The notes below the pieces were generated by a model that ran no database searches, had not been told where the DNA came from, and saw nothing but the letters and a program-made list of their open reading frames with translations. Position numbers and translations under genes: made by a program. 64,000 bases of DNA from Bdellovibrionota bacterium (GTDB taxonomy: Bacteria > Bdellovibrionota_C > UBA2361 > JBGSMV01): the NCBI GenBank assembly GCA_044356455.1, contig JBIKWF010000006.1, positions 21,018 to 85,017 on the forward strand. Direction: 5' to 3'. Of the stretch, positions 18,949-29,714 are shown piece by piece. Position 1 is the stretch's first letter; the number at the start of each line of letters is the position of its first letter.

Positions 18949-20583
18949 TCATTCAGATTTTGCCAAACGCGCTGATGAAGTTGGACAAGTTTGAATCACA
19001 TCAAAATGTTTTTGAAAGAGAGAAAGAGGCATAATGAGAGCTGCTTCCTCGAAGCGAGGGTTGTCGCCATGCGGATTGGCGATAATAACTGAGCCCTCTC
19101 CCTCGGCTGAAACACTATAGCCAAGCACTGCATAGGCATGAGAAGTCACGAGTCCCGCCTCATTTACCTTGCAGCTCTCCCCTCGGTGCGCCGTGCTTGC
19201 CACGACCGCAATACGGGCACCGGGTTCAAATGCGCTTATGAGCACACGTTCCATCGGCTGGGTAGCTGCAGACTGGCCTGCACGATAGTCATAACGGGTA
19301 GCTTTATTACCAGTAATTAACTCAAGTGAATGCTCTGCCCAACCTCCACCTCCAATATACTGAGCGGGAAGCATGAGAACTTGATCGTCATAACTACCGA
19401 GGTGGTGCGCGCCCTCGCGCTGGACGTAAAGCCCCGCAGCCTTTTCAAGGATAGGAACCCAGGAGTATTGTGGGCTAGCCGCTTTTGCAAAAAGCGCGCG
19501 CTCAACATCAGTGGGAAGTTCCAAAACGATGGCATTGTTCGGGTCACCAGGGAATTGCACCGTAAACTTTCCGTCCCCAGATGAAGTTATAATGTTGCGC
19601 AGCAGTTCCGGGTCAACGCTACTTAGCGAGAGAAGCGATGCAAGAAAGTAGCAATTACCTGTGCGCCCTTGCTGGACTGCCTCGGGGACAATTGCAAAGT
19701 TTTCAGGCCGTATAGCTTCCCAGGCTGAATTACTGAGCCGCTCAGAGACGGCTCGATGAGAACCTGAAATTGCCGAGGTCATCGAGAGGTAAGCAGATTT
19801 TGGACCATGCGCTTCGATGATTGTGGATGAATAATAGAGGAGATCATCCTTGGTAATTCCGACGCGTTCCTCTGGCAGCTCGTTCGTGTTAGTGGCTCGG
19901 ATATCAGAATATGAGGCCTTGATCACTCGAGCGACTTCGGCCACTTGAGGATCGATGCTCCCCGTTGCGCGTTGCACTTCCGCACGGTCAAGCGCCAAGT
20001 CCCCGTTTTGGTCAATGCTCTCGAATCCCTTTTCATTTAGGAGGAATCGTCTCGCCTCTTTCACACTTTCGACTTCCACGGCGACTTTGCCTAGTTGTCT
20101 GTTAAATCCTTTTAGATCTCCTCGCGATATCTCCCATTCCCGAAGCAGTCCGTCTCCTAAATCAACGGTCGTCGTAACGATGCCAGGGTAGGCACTCACA
20201 AGGGAGGCAGCGAGCTGCGACTCGTTCGGCAACAGGTCCACACGGTTCGCAAAAGTGGCCACTTCCTCTTGGCCAATAAAACTATCCTTGTTGGTATCTA
20301 GGCTATCAAATCTCTCAAGTGCAAGATTGATGACCCCGGATGGCGTAAGCTGAACTATTGGCGGGGGATGTGCACGCTGGTCAGAGGCCTCAGCACGCGG
20401 AGTAGGGATCAGGGCCTGTGGAACGAGAGCTGCCGCGGCAAGGTGCCTAAGCCATCCTCGACCAAAGCTACCTGACAGAGGAGACGCTGGGGCATGATCG
20501 CTTGGGCTTTGCAGCCGACTGCTTACTGACTTCTCATCACCAGTAGAACTAGACCTATGGTCCTGATTCTTCTTAATTTCCAT
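18949..20583 (-). CDS. Calpain-like (C2 family) cysteine protease with EF-hand-like motifs
   Basis: QQGRTGNCYFLASL (Cys), LEKA, SHAYAVL (His), ANPHG (Asn); DTNKDSFIGQEE and DQNGDLALDRAE loops. Confidence 0.85.
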   Translation of the reverse strand: MEIKKNQDHRSSSTGDEKSVSSRLQSPSDHAPASPLSGSFGRGWLRHLAAAALVPQALIPTPRAEASDQRAHPPPIVQLTPSGVINLALERFDSLDTNKDSFIGQEEVATFANRVDLLPNESQLAASLVSAYPGIVTTTVDLGDGLLREWEISRGDLKGFNRQLGKVAVEVESVKEARRFLLNEKGFESIDQNGDLALDRAEVQRATGSIDPQVAEVARVIKASYSDIRATNTNELPEERVGITKDDLLYYSSTIIEAHGPKSAYLSMTSAISGSHRAVSERLSNSAWEAIRPENFAIVPEAVQQGRTGNCYFLASLLSLSSVDPELLRNIITSSGDGKFTVQFPGDPNNAIVLELPTDVERALFAKAASPQYSWVPILEKAAGLYVQREGAHHLGSYDDQVLMLPAQYIGGGGWAEHSLELITGNKATRYDYRAGQSAATQPMERVLISAFEPGARIAVVASTAHRGESCKVNEAGLVTSHAYAVLGYSVSAEGEGSVIIANPHGDNPRFEEAALIMPLSLFQKHFDVIQTCPTSSARLAKSE

Positions 20584-20633
20584 ACCCCACCCTTCATCTC
20601 TGTTATGGGTGCGGAAGCCTCCAGGTTGCCTAA

Positions 20634-20763
20634 GGAACCTCTGAAAAACTTACCTCTGTGTACCCCTGTGTCCTCTGTGGTGAAATTTTCATCAAGGAAT
20701 TCACTACAGAGGACACGAAGGTACACAGAGGTTTAGTAAGACTCGGGGTTTTTCAGAGGTTCC
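20634..20763. mobile_element. MITE, 130 bp, perfect 15-bp TIRs, CTAA target duplication
   Basis: CTAA|GGAACCTCTGAAAAA...TTTTTCAGAGGTTCC|CTAA. Confidence 0.92.
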
Positions 20764-20910
20764 CTAAACCCTACGAACCACTCACCTCCTTAAAATGATT
20801 GATTTTCTGCTTAACCTCGCAGGTACTCACTTCTGAATCCTCTGAAATATGAGGGAGTTCAATAACCTCAAACCTATGCTAACTTCATCACTGAGTAGCG
20901 CTGAAGTTAA

Positions 20911-22956
20911 GTGATGCTTAGAGACGGCCCCAATCTCAAGGCTCTTGATCAATCTGGCCCTTTTGCCGGAGAGCAGCCGTCACGGCGCAATGAAGGCATA
21001 CTCACTTCTCATGCAAGCACCCAGAGAGCGAGTACCCAGGTCCAACAAGCTCCTGAATATCTCCGAGAGCTTAGAACCCCCACCCCTACGACTTCTCGGC
21101 TTATACTCGATCCGAGCTCAGGCCTTTCAGATCAGCGCATACGTCACTTTGAAAAGCTGCTGCCCGACTGGGTTTCAGAAATTACCCTCTCAAGACGCAG
21201 CATTGGTCCCAAGCGAAGAGATCGGCCTCCTACCCGAAGTGCACGCCCCCCGTCCTCTCACTCTTGCCTTATTGCAGCGATACGCCTGAATCGTAGACCT
21301 CCCGTTGGAGCGGTCCAGGAATTGCAGCTCGCTCTCTACTCTGAGCTTGGTGAATGGCCATTTCGGCATGTCATAAGTGACTTTCCGCATGCGAATACTC
21401 CGACCCCGGCTCACAAGAATCGGGACACACAGCTTCGCAGGGAAGTCCTTCGAACGCTTCCAGTAGGAAACGAGCTTGTGCACCTGGAAGAATTTATCCT
21501 CTCGTCAAAGGGGGCAAACGTACGTTTCTTAGTCGCAAAGATATTTTCTCTCTCTGCGCCCGCGCTTTCCGAATGGAAGCGAAGTTTCGAGCAGGATCAC
21601 GGCCTACTCGTACTCATAGATTCAGAGAACGCCCCTCCTTCTTGGGTAGACGCTCTTCGGAGGGCAGCCGGAGCGAGCGGATTTTTACGCCCCGAGGCCT
21701 TCCCTCGCCTCGTTAACCGACTACTTGCACCTTCGTCCCTACCCAGTTCCGTTTCTGACCATCGTCCGCGCACGCCACGCACGCGTGTGGATCTTACGAC
21801 TCGCAACTGGTTTCGAGTCGATTCGAAAGAATGCCTGATCGCGGAGGACATTCTAGATATTCGCAGCCTCCCGAATGGACACACCGAATTGCTCGTAGGT
21901 GTAGTCGACATAGTCTCGCCAGGACGCCCCGCGGATATACCCAACCGACGCTGGAGATCTTTCATCGTGGGTGAAGAGCGTAATGCCCTTGTGTCGAGAT
22001 TCGAGTTCGACCGCGAGTACAATCTTTGTGGGTTCTCTACCCAGCTTGCACGGGTCAAGGCGCATCTCAAATTCACTCTTTCCGACCTGGGCAAACTGCT
22101 GCGCAGTAATTCAAAAGACCCATTCGTTAAAAATCTGCGCAGGCTAGATTCAATAGCAGCGCAACTTGGGAACCGCCGGCTAAGGTATGACGGCTTTGTC
22201 GAAGTCTCCCTTGGCGGTTCTCCTGGGAAACTTGTATTTGAGCCAATGGTGCTTTTTAACTCCGCCAATACTCACTGGCTACGGAGCAACAAAGTGCCGC
22301 TCTTGTATCGCGTGCCACAACGCGTTTCGATTGCAGAGCGCAGAGACCTGCACGCCGAATTGGTAAAGAAGAATTTTTCGGCCCAAGCTCTTGAAAGACC
22401 CGATCCCCTACGCACGCTACTTTTGCTCCAGCAACTGGACAGAGCAGGTGAGAGCACATTATGCCACAGAATCCTCGACGGGTACGTGCGAAGCACTCGG
22501 TATAGTACCGAAGATGATTCCCACCCCGGGTTTGCAAGCCCCTATACTGGATTCAAACCAAAAGGCGGAAGTGGGTTTAACCAACTGCAGTTGGTCAGAT
22601 TTCTTTCCGGCACCAAGCCACTTGATGAGCCTACCCTGCGCGCTCAATTTGTGTCCCTTCAAGGGCGAGGTCCCCTCGTCGCCTACTCACGCACCGATCA
22701 GGAAGCCCTTACGAGCTTGGCAAAACTCTTTCAGAATCCAAAGGAAGCGACTCTTGCCACTGTCATAAGCACCAACCCTTACTCTCAGCCAAAAGAAAGG
22801 CCCCATCTTACCATTCGTGTTGAAGGATGGGACCGACTTGCGCTGATGCAGTGCCGTGCAAAAGCCCACGCTGAATATTTGCCGGGCATGCAGATATACG
22901 TCCGCGCTACCGGATTTGATGCAAGAAAGATGTGCCCTGTCTTTGAGATCGCGTAG
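20911..22956 (+). CDS. Divergent RNB (RNase II/R)-like protein
   Basis: RVDLTTRNWFRVDSKECLIAEDILDIRSLPNGHTELLVGVVD resembles RNB motif I; HPGFASPYTGF resembles motif IV; S1-like tail. Confidence 0.6.
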   Translation: MMLRDGPNLKALDQSGPFAGEQPSRRNEGILTSHASTQRASTQVQQAPEYLRELRTPTPTTSRLILDPSSGLSDQRIRHFEKLLPDWVSEITLSRRSIGPKRRDRPPTRSARPPSSHSCLIAAIRLNRRPPVGAVQELQLALYSELGEWPFRHVISDFPHANTPTPAHKNRDTQLRREVLRTLPVGNELVHLEEFILSSKGANVRFLVAKIFSLSAPALSEWKRSFEQDHGLLVLIDSENAPPSWVDALRRAAGASGFLRPEAFPRLVNRLLAPSSLPSSVSDHRPRTPRTRVDLTTRNWFRVDSKECLIAEDILDIRSLPNGHTELLVGVVDIVSPGRPADIPNRRWRSFIVGEERNALVSRFEFDREYNLCGFSTQLARVKAHLKFTLSDLGKLLRSNSKDPFVKNLRRLDSIAAQLGNRRLRYDGFVEVSLGGSPGKLVFEPMVLFNSANTHWLRSNKVPLLYRVPQRVSIAERRDLHAELVKKNFSAQALERPDPLRTLLLLQQLDRAGESTLCHRILDGYVRSTRYSTEDDSHPGFASPYTGFKPKGGSGFNQLQLVRFLSGTKPLDEPTLRAQFVSLQGRGPLVAYSRTDQEALTSLAKLFQNPKEATLATVISTNPYSQPKERPHLTIRVEGWDRLALMQCRAKAHAEYLPGMQIYVRATGFDARKMCPVFEIA

Positions 22957-22957
22957 G

Positions 22958-23950
22958 TTAGAAATCGGTACTATTGGACCGGCTTACCAAGTCGTTATAG
23001 TTTTTAACAACTTCCGCGGGGTGTCCCTTAACTAGCTCTGGGCTTGAGGCCGAGAAGAACTCAGTATTAAAATCTCGGTTCTCTTTCTTGCGGCGCAGAA
23101 GCTCTTTTGCTGATTTCTGAAAATTCTGCAGGGCGCTAAAGAGAAAAACATATCCGCTAACCTTTGAAATCTCTTGCGGATGCGCCGTGCTATATTCATC
23201 AAGCGCACCTACTGAACTATTGTAATTCGCGAGCACTGCTCCATACGACTCGGTGTCAAGCTCCTTTAGTTTGCTGACACTTGCTTCTTTGACCAACTTT
23301 TTCGCATCGAACATTACCTTTTCGGCCAAGTAGCGCAGCCGTGCGCTCTCATCGCCCGCGAGCCTCTCAAGTCTTCGGCTCGTAAGTTCGTCGTTCAAGC
23401 TACCTATCTTTTTACCAAGAACCTTGTTGGCCTGCTCAAATTTCGAGAAGGCAGCGAGAAGTGGCTGATGCATCTTCTTACCTTCAGCCATCCCATCGTC
23501 TTTATAGTCCTCTTGGTCGTAATAGGTATCCGCTTTTTTTAGCAGCGGCACGATCTCTTGGAGCGCCTGTAAATAATGCTCGCCTGCTGATTCAAGCTCT
23601 GAAGCAGCAGGAGACATCCCCCGAGCTGCCTCAACTGACCTTGTGCAAGTATCCGCATCGGTCGTGTAGAGGCCGTAAATATTCTTCTCTTTGCCGGTAG
23701 GCCCCCGAGCCTCATCTGCCCAACTCAGGTATCGTCTCTTGCTATCAAGAACCCGGTTCGTTGCTGAATTGAAACAGGTAACGTACTGACTGAGCTTTCT
23801 GCTCAGGGCGGCATCATCACTCGATTTATCCGATCGTCCTTCGGCATAGACTGGCCCCGCAAGCATGGTTACTGCAAGCACGGTTCCAATAAGCAAAAAT
23901 TTGGCAAAGCCAAGAATGATACTCCTGCAAGGTGAGGGCTTAACTGGCAT
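22958..23950 (-). CDS. YiiG/DUF3829-like exported protein
   Basis: Signal peptide, KLSQYVTCFN, YYDQEDYKDDGMAEGKKMH, YNDLVSRSN. Confidence 0.8.
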   Translation of the reverse strand: MPVKPSPCRSIILGFAKFLLIGTVLAVTMLAGPVYAEGRSDKSSDDAALSRKLSQYVTCFNSATNRVLDSKRRYLSWADEARGPTGKEKNIYGLYTTDADTCTRSVEAARGMSPAASELESAGEHYLQALQEIVPLLKKADTYYDQEDYKDDGMAEGKKMHQPLLAAFSKFEQANKVLGKKIGSLNDELTSRRLERLAGDESARLRYLAEKVMFDAKKLVKEASVSKLKELDTESYGAVLANYNSSVGALDEYSTAHPQEISKVSGYVFLFSALQNFQKSAKELLRRKKENRDFNTEFFSASSPELVKGHPAEVVKNYNDLVSRSNSTDF

Positions 23951-24035
23951 TAGAAACTCCACGCTAAGAATAGTTGCTGACGACAACTATAAAACTACAA
24001 CCCATAGCCGAATTCGCACAATCAAGGATAAAAAG

Positions 24036-24599
24036 TCACTCGACTAGAATCTTTCGACGAACTCGAGCAGTGGCAGCGAGGTCAGACCCGGCTTCGGTAA
24101 CGCGCACATCAAGAATCCAAAGCCCCGAGGCAAGAAGGAGCTGAGGCGCTACATAAGCTCCCGGGCCCCGCGCTTCGAGCGCGACTTTTCGGTCTAATCT
24201 GCTATCTCCTGGGCGCATAGCATAGAGGTCGATGGCTTGGTTTGAGACTGGAGCGCCATCCTTGCTTGTGATCGTAAGCGCCAACTCTTTTCCAGAGGTG
24301 GCCTGAAACTCAAGGGTCCAGCCGCGCTCGGCAAAGCGAGATTCCTCTTCAATTACTTCCTGATACTTGAGACCGTCTTCGTAGGCATTCCCCTTAAGAA
24401 GCTCCGAGGGCGAAGAATTCGCAATGAGATAGAGCGCGATCCCACCGATAAAAAGTAAGATAAAAATTGAGATTATCGCGTAGGGCCAGGGAGAGCGGCT
24501 TCCGCTCCCTGAAGCTCTATTCTCTGAAGCACCATTCTCTGAACCACTTCGCTCAGAACTCTCCATACCAGAAACCCTCGTTGCAGAAACACTATCCAT
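24036..24599 (-). CDS. fixH: FixH/CcoH family protein
   Basis: WPYAII TM segment, YEDGLKYQ, RPGDSRLD, GLW; lies in the cbb3 cluster. Confidence 0.85.
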   Translation of the reverse strand: MDSVSATRVSGMESSERSGSENGASENRASGSGSRSPWPYAIISIFILLFIGGIALYLIANSSPSELLKGNAYEDGLKYQEVIEEESRFAERGWTLEFQATSGKELALTITSKDGAPVSNQAIDLYAMRPGDSRLDRKVALEARGPGAYVAPQLLLASGLWILDVRVTEAGSDLAATARVRRKILVE

Positions 24600-24601
24600 C
24601 T

Positions 24602-26155
24602 CTATTTTTCCTCGGTTTGAGGGCCAAGCAACGTAATTGCAGCGGTTTTAGTTGACCCGTCTGATGCTTTAAGCTCGATATGAGCATGACCAATCCCTGA
24701 GGGCAACGCAGCTTGAGGAAACATCACAAAAAGCGGAAGTGTTTTCTCCTCCCCTGGCCCAACGGGATATGGGCTCTGAGGGACCGTAAGGGTTCCTTGT
24801 GAAAACCCAAGCAGCTTGGCTTCGTAAGTTTCAGTCTTCTTAGACTTATTGCCGATACGGGCGTGCAGGTGATTTACAATCATACCATGCTCAAGCGCGG
24901 AGAATGGTACATCTGCACCGCCGCGCACGACTTTAAAATCAGTCAATGAGCGAGAACTAAGCAGCGCAATAAACGAGATTCCTAACGCCAAAAGAAAACC
25001 AGCGTAAACCACTACCCGCGGCCTAACCCACGTGAGCCCCTCTCTGCGAAGTAAGTTTCTCTCGCTATCATATCGAATAAGACCAGGCGCACGTCCAACC
25101 TTCTCCATGACTGAGTCGCAGGCATCGATGCATTGGCTACACTGAATACACTCAAGCTGCAGCCCATTTCGAATGTCTATTCCTGTAGGACAGACCCTCA
25201 CGCACAGTCCGCAATCTATGCAGTCCCCTGTTGTTTCTGCGCTATTCTGCTTTCCTCTTGGCTCTCCTCTCACCGGGTCATAGCCAACGATGAGTGAATT
25301 CGAATCAAGCAGTACAGACTGAAAACGCGCATAGGGACAAAGCACGGTGCAGAACTGCTCACGGAACCAGCCGAACTCAAAAAGCAGCACCGCCATGAGC
25401 ACTAATGTAAGAGCAAACGGGAAGAAGTTCTGCTCCGGAGAATGCTGCATCATTCCGATTAAGTTATCCCTACCCCAGAAATAGGCGAGGGCTGTGCTTG
25501 CGAGAAGCCAGGCAACTACTGCATAGAGTGTCCACTTCAGGCCTTTCTTGAGTACCCACTCACTGGAAAATGGCTTTGAATCCAGTCGCAGGCGCTGTGC
25601 CGGTCCACCCTCAATGAAGCGCTCAATAGGCCGGAAAACGAACTCCAAGAAGACCGTCTGAGGGCACGCCCATCCGCACCACATTCGGCCAAGAAGAGCC
25701 GAAGCAAGAAACATAGTGAGCGCGAGGCCAGCGATGATAATAAAAAGAAGGACCGTATCAGTGGGATAGAAAGTAGTTCCAAAGAAGGTGAATTTGCGCT
25801 CCATGATGCTGAGCAGCACAGCCTGGTCCCCATGCACAGTAACCCAAGGGAGGCCAAGATATATAAGAAGCAGCGCGCAGACGACGAGCACCCTTCTCTG
25901 GAACAGACGCCCTTTCACCAGGGCATTATATACCCAGTGGCGCTTTCCATCCTTCCCGATGGTGTAAAGTGTCTCGCGAAAATCAAAATCGGTCGGAGAC
26001 GGCGAACTCTGTTTCTTTGAGCTGTTAATTGAGACCGCAGTCTTATTTTTACAGCCACCGCTTCCACACGAGCCGTCTCCCTTGCAGCCCAGAGAAGAGG
26101 GGTGCTGAGAGGATGAGCTCGAAGAAGCGTGTTTTACGTCATGACCATCGCACAT
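24602..26155 (-). CDS. ccoG: Cytochrome c oxidase accessory protein CcoG
   Basis: GRMWCGWACPQT, REQFCTVLCPY, CIDCGLCVRVCPTG, CIQCSQCIDAC; start set at MCDGH behind GAGGG. Confidence 0.95.
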   Translation of the reverse strand: MCDGHDVKHASSSSSSQHPSSLGCKGDGSCGSGGCKNKTAVSINSSKKQSSPSPTDFDFRETLYTIGKDGKRHWVYNALVKGRLFQRRVLVVCALLLIYLGLPWVTVHGDQAVLLSIMERKFTFFGTTFYPTDTVLLFIIIAGLALTMFLASALLGRMWCGWACPQTVFLEFVFRPIERFIEGGPAQRLRLDSKPFSSEWVLKKGLKWTLYAVVAWLLASTALAYFWGRDNLIGMMQHSPEQNFFPFALTLVLMAVLLFEFGWFREQFCTVLCPYARFQSVLLDSNSLIVGYDPVRGEPRGKQNSAETTGDCIDCGLCVRVCPTGIDIRNGLQLECIQCSQCIDACDSVMEKVGRAPGLIRYDSERNLLRREGLTWVRPRVVVYAGFLLALGISFIALLSSRSLTDFKVVRGGADVPFSALEHGMIVNHLHARIGNKSKKTETYEAKLLGFSQGTLTVPQSPYPVGPGEEKTLPLFVMFPQAALPSGIGHAHIELKASDGSTKTAAITLLGPQTEEK

Positions 26156-26241
26156 AAAAGGTCCCTCGCGAAGTTGCCGCGCTACGTTCGCGACAGTCAC
26201 CGCAATAAACTTGTCCCCCCCTCTTTGGAGCCTTAGCTTAG

Positions 26242-26363
26242 GGAACCTCTGGAAAACCTCTATTCTTAATACACCTCTGTGTACCTCTGAGCCCTCTGTG
26301 GTGAATTTCTTAACGAAAATTTCGCCATAGAGGGCCCACAGTGGGTTATTCAGAGTAGACTCC
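26242..26363. mobile_element. MITE, 122 bp, TTAG target duplication, opposite orientation to the 7382 copy
   Basis: TTAG|GGAACCTCTGGAAAA...TTCAGAGTAGACTCC|TTAG; lies between ccoP and ccoG. Confidence 0.82.
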
Positions 26364-26409
26364 TTAGGCACCCACCAAAGAGCGAGATTATAAATGCCAG
26401 AGCGCCCTA

Positions 26410-26988
26410 CTACGCTGCAGGTGGGCCCTCGGGCGCTTTGCCTGGAACATTGGTATTACGAATTGACCAAACGAAAGAAAGCACGTCACTTATTTGATCA
26501 GCAGGCAAAAGCTCCTTCCACGCCAACATGCCCTTGGCAGGAACACCAACCTCAATCACCGTCTTTATCTCAGTGACCTTTCCACCATGAATCCACTGAG
26601 CATCGGTTAAATTCGGCCCTACAAGCCCCTCCCCCTTGGTGCCGTGACAAACCATGCACTTTTCGGCGTAGACCTTTGCGCCCCTTTCTACCCGTGAAAG
26701 GTCAGACACCAAAGCGAGCAAGGACTCTTCCGTCATGGGAGCACCGCCCTGCATTTTCGCCGCATATTGGCTGCGAATTTCTTCAAGTTCCTTCATATCA
26801 ACCGCGAGTTCTTCGCTTGGCTGAAGGCCAGGACCAAAATGATAATAGCCCACGTAAATCGGAGCGATAATGATGGTGATGTAGAATAGCCATAGCCACC
26901 AACGTGGGAGATCGTTGTCATACTCCTCAATTCCGTCGTAGTAGCTCTCAAGTAACTGGTCTTCTTTTTTATTCTCGCTCATAACCAT
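26410..26988 (-). CDS. ccoP: cbb3-type oxidase subunit III, monoheme
   Basis: YDGIEEYDNDLPRWW, one CMVCH, GPNLTD, GMLAW. Confidence 0.93.
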   Translation of the reverse strand: MVMSENKKEDQLLESYYDGIEEYDNDLPRWWLWLFYITIIIAPIYVGYYHFGPGLQPSEELAVDMKELEEIRSQYAAKMQGGAPMTEESLLALVSDLSRVERGAKVYAEKCMVCHGTKGEGLVGPNLTDAQWIHGGKVTEIKTVIEVGVPAKGMLAWKELLPADQISDVLSFVWSIRNTNVPGKAPEGPPAA

Positions 26989-27053
26989 TCCTTTTTTGAA
27001 GGGAGCTCTTGAAGGAAGCCCTCAAAAGAAGCCTCGCCCTTCATCAAGTCGCC

Positions 27054-27218
27054 TCAATCATTCTTTTCATTTAGCGGCAGCTGCGAAGCCTCCTCGTAAG
27101 CTCGTCGCCGCGCGGGCCAATACACCCAGGCAACTACCGCAACAAAAAACACAAGGAAGAAGACAAGAGCAAATTGAGCCCATACGGGATCAACGAGCCC
27201 CTGTATAAACCTACCCAT
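27054..27218 (-). CDS. ccoQ: cbb3-type oxidase subunit CcoQ (54 aa, absent from the ORF track)
   Basis: Hand translation [62 protein letters not shown]; overlaps the ccoNO stop. Confidence 0.88.
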   Translation of the reverse strand: MGRFIQGLVDPVWAQFALVFFLVFFVAVVAWVYWPARRRAYEEASQLPLNEKND

Positions 27219-29418
27219 TTGATCCTCCCCCTACTCCTTGAGCAACTTGCTGCGAGGCACCCGACTTAATGTCGGTGCCAAGGCGCTGCATATAGGCAAT
27301 AAGCGCAATAATTTCCATGCCACTCTTGCCCTTCGCATCGCTCATCCCCTGGGCGCTGAGACCATCGGCTATGGCTTGAGCTTGGGTCTCAAGGTCAGCT
27401 ACCGCATTCTTGATTTGCTCATCGCTATAAGGAACTCCAAGCAACTTCATGGCAGCAAGCTTTGAGGAGGTAAGCGAAGTGCTCAGCTCGTTCTCATAGA
27501 GCCATGGATACGCGGGCATAATGGAACCAGGACTCGTGGAACGAGGATCCATCATATGTCTCCAGTGCCACAGGTCTGGGTACTTGCGACCTACACGGTG
27601 TAGATCAGGCCCTGTACGCTTCGAGCCGAACTGGAACGGATGGTCATACACAAACTCACCTGGCTTCGAATACTCCCCGTAGCGCACGAGCTCATCTCTA
27701 AAGGGCCTTACCATCTGCGAGTGACAGTTATAACAGCCTTCTCGGAGATAGAGATCGCGGCCCTCAAGCTCGAGCGCCGTATAAGGATGGACCGAAGCAA
27801 TTGAGGGAACATTACTCTGCACGGCCACCATAGGCACGATTTCGACAATTCCTCCCACGAGAACTGCAAGCATCGTGAGTACCGAGAAGAGCACTGGCCG
27901 AGCTTCAAGGTTATGATGGAAGGTATTGAGCCAGCCACGATTCCCGCCGGTAGCATTGGGACTCTTCGTTTGCTGGATTGCACGCGGAACTTCAACCGCA
28001 ACGTCAGAGAGAGAATGTCCCGCCGCCTTGGAGGCCTGAATCGTCTTGGCGACGTTATAGACCATCAAGAAAAGCCCCATAACGTAGAGCGTTCCTCCGA
28101 AGAGGCGAATCCAGTAGAAGGGAATAAGCTGCGTAACGGTTTCGATAAACTCGGGATATTTAAGGAGGCCTTCAGGAGTGAACGCGCGCCACATAAGACC
28201 TTGAGTAATCCCACCGGTCCACATGGAGGTCATGTAAATTACAATTCCAAGTGTGCCCATCCAGAGGTGCGCCGCCATGAGCTTCTTGCTCCAGACAGGA
28301 ACCTTCCAGAGTTGTGGAAGAAGCCAGTAGAACATTCCAAAAGTAAGGAAGCCGTTCCACCCAAGCGCACCACCGTGCACATGTCCGATGGTCCAGTCCG
28401 TGTAGTGAGAGAGAGCATTAACACTCTTAATTGACATCATCGGCCCCTCAAAGGTCGACATGCCGTAGAAAGTGATACCCACTACGAAAAACTTGAGAAT
28501 CGGGTCATCACGAAGCTTATCCCACGCTCCGCGAAGCGTAAGGAGGCCGTTAATCATACCACCCCACGAGGGAGCGATGAGCATTATGGAGAAGAGCGCT
28601 CCCGTGGTCTGTGCCCAATCAGGCAGCGAAGTGTTGAGAAGGTGATGGGGACCTGCCCAGATATAGAGGAAAATGAGGGACCAGAAATGGATAATCGAAA
28701 GGCGATATGAATATACGGGCCGCCCAGCTGCCTTAGGCATGAAATAATACATGAGACCTAGGAACGGCGTCGTGAGGAAGAAGGCTACAGCATTGTGGCC
28801 ATACCACCACTGAACGAGAGCGTCCTGAACTCCTGCAAATACCGGATAGCTCTTAAAGAGCGCCACGGGAAGCGCCAAGGAGTTTACGATGTGAAGCATG
28901 GCCACGGTAAGAATCGTGGCGATATAGAACCAAATCGAAACATATATATGCTTCTCGCGGCGCTTAATGATCGTACCGAAAAGATTGGCACCAAAAACCA
29001 CCCACACTAATGCGATGGCGATATCAATCGGCCACTCAAGCTCGGCGTATTCCTTGCCAACAGTAATTCCGAGAGCCAGGGTAACCGCAGCTGATACGAT
29101 AATGAGCTGCCATCCCCAGAAGTGGATCTTGCTGAGAAGGTCTGAAAACATCCTAGCGCGCAGAAGTCTCTGAGCTGAGTAGTAAACCGCGGCGAATATG
29201 GCGTTACCAGCGAAAGCGAAAATTACCGCATTGGTATGTATTGGCCTTAAGCGGCCAAAGGTGAGGAAGGAAATCCCCATGTTAAGCGGCCAATACGCGA
29301 GCTGGGCCGCAATAATAACCCCCACCAACATGCCCACTACGCCCCACACTATAGAGGCCAAAAGGAACATGCGGACTGACTTATCGTCGTATCGAATGGT
29401 TTCAGTTTGTGCGTTCAT
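27211..29418 (-). CDS. ccoN: cbb3-type cytochrome c oxidase, fused subunits I/II
   Basis: [24 protein letters not shown], then CcoO domain [26 protein letters not shown]. Confidence 0.97.
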   Translation of the reverse strand: MNAQTETIRYDDKSVRMFLLASIVWGVVGMLVGVIIAAQLAYWPLNMGISFLTFGRLRPIHTNAVIFAFAGNAIFAAVYYSAQRLLRARMFSDLLSKIHFWGWQLIIVSAAVTLALGITVGKEYAELEWPIDIAIALVWVVFGANLFGTIIKRREKHIYVSIWFYIATILTVAMLHIVNSLALPVALFKSYPVFAGVQDALVQWWYGHNAVAFFLTTPFLGLMYYFMPKAAGRPVYSYRLSIIHFWSLIFLYIWAGPHHLLNTSLPDWAQTTGALFSIMLIAPSWGGMINGLLTLRGAWDKLRDDPILKFFVVGITFYGMSTFEGPMMSIKSVNALSHYTDWTIGHVHGGALGWNGFLTFGMFYWLLPQLWKVPVWSKKLMAAHLWMGTLGIVIYMTSMWTGGITQGLMWRAFTPEGLLKYPEFIETVTQLIPFYWIRLFGGTLYVMGLFLMVYNVAKTIQASKAAGHSLSDVAVEVPRAIQQTKSPNATGGNRGWLNTFHHNLEARPVLFSVLTMLAVLVGGIVEIVPMVAVQSNVPSIASVHPYTALELEGRDLYLREGCYNCHSQMVRPFRDELVRYGEYSKPGEFVYDHPFQFGSKRTGPDLHRVGRKYPDLWHWRHMMDPRSTSPGSIMPAYPWLYENELSTSLTSSKLAAMKLLGVPYSDEQIKNAVADLETQAQAIADGLSAQGMSDAKGKSGMEIIALIAYMQRLGTDIKSGASQQVAQGVGGGSNG

Positions 29419-29714
29419 GACTAATCTTGAATGTTATACTCAAGTTAACTTACTGATCTGACTAGATTTTTTTATCATGGCTTATAACCCCCGTGAAGGG
29501 GCCAGAGTGAATAATCTTTGAAATAAGGAGCACGAACCGCCTCCTCAGGCGTCAAAGCAAGAAAAAATGCGCAGTATTTTCCTCATAGAACTGAGCAAAA
29601 GAGTCCGACCTAAAAAATCAGATGTGCGACAGGAGTTCATCCAGCAGCAGCAACAGGATGCCTTTCTATGGGATGTGCCCCGAAAGAAGATTTACACTTA
29701 TTCGGGGCAGACAC

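Noticed and set aside
26156..26371. N-terminal extension of CcoG in the ORF track
   Set aside because: Reads through the MITE; a better start with RBS is at 26155
29419..29714. FNR box upstream of ccoNO
   Set aside because: No TTGAT-N4-ATCAA match found; only a CTTGA-N9-TCAAG palindrome of unknown meaning
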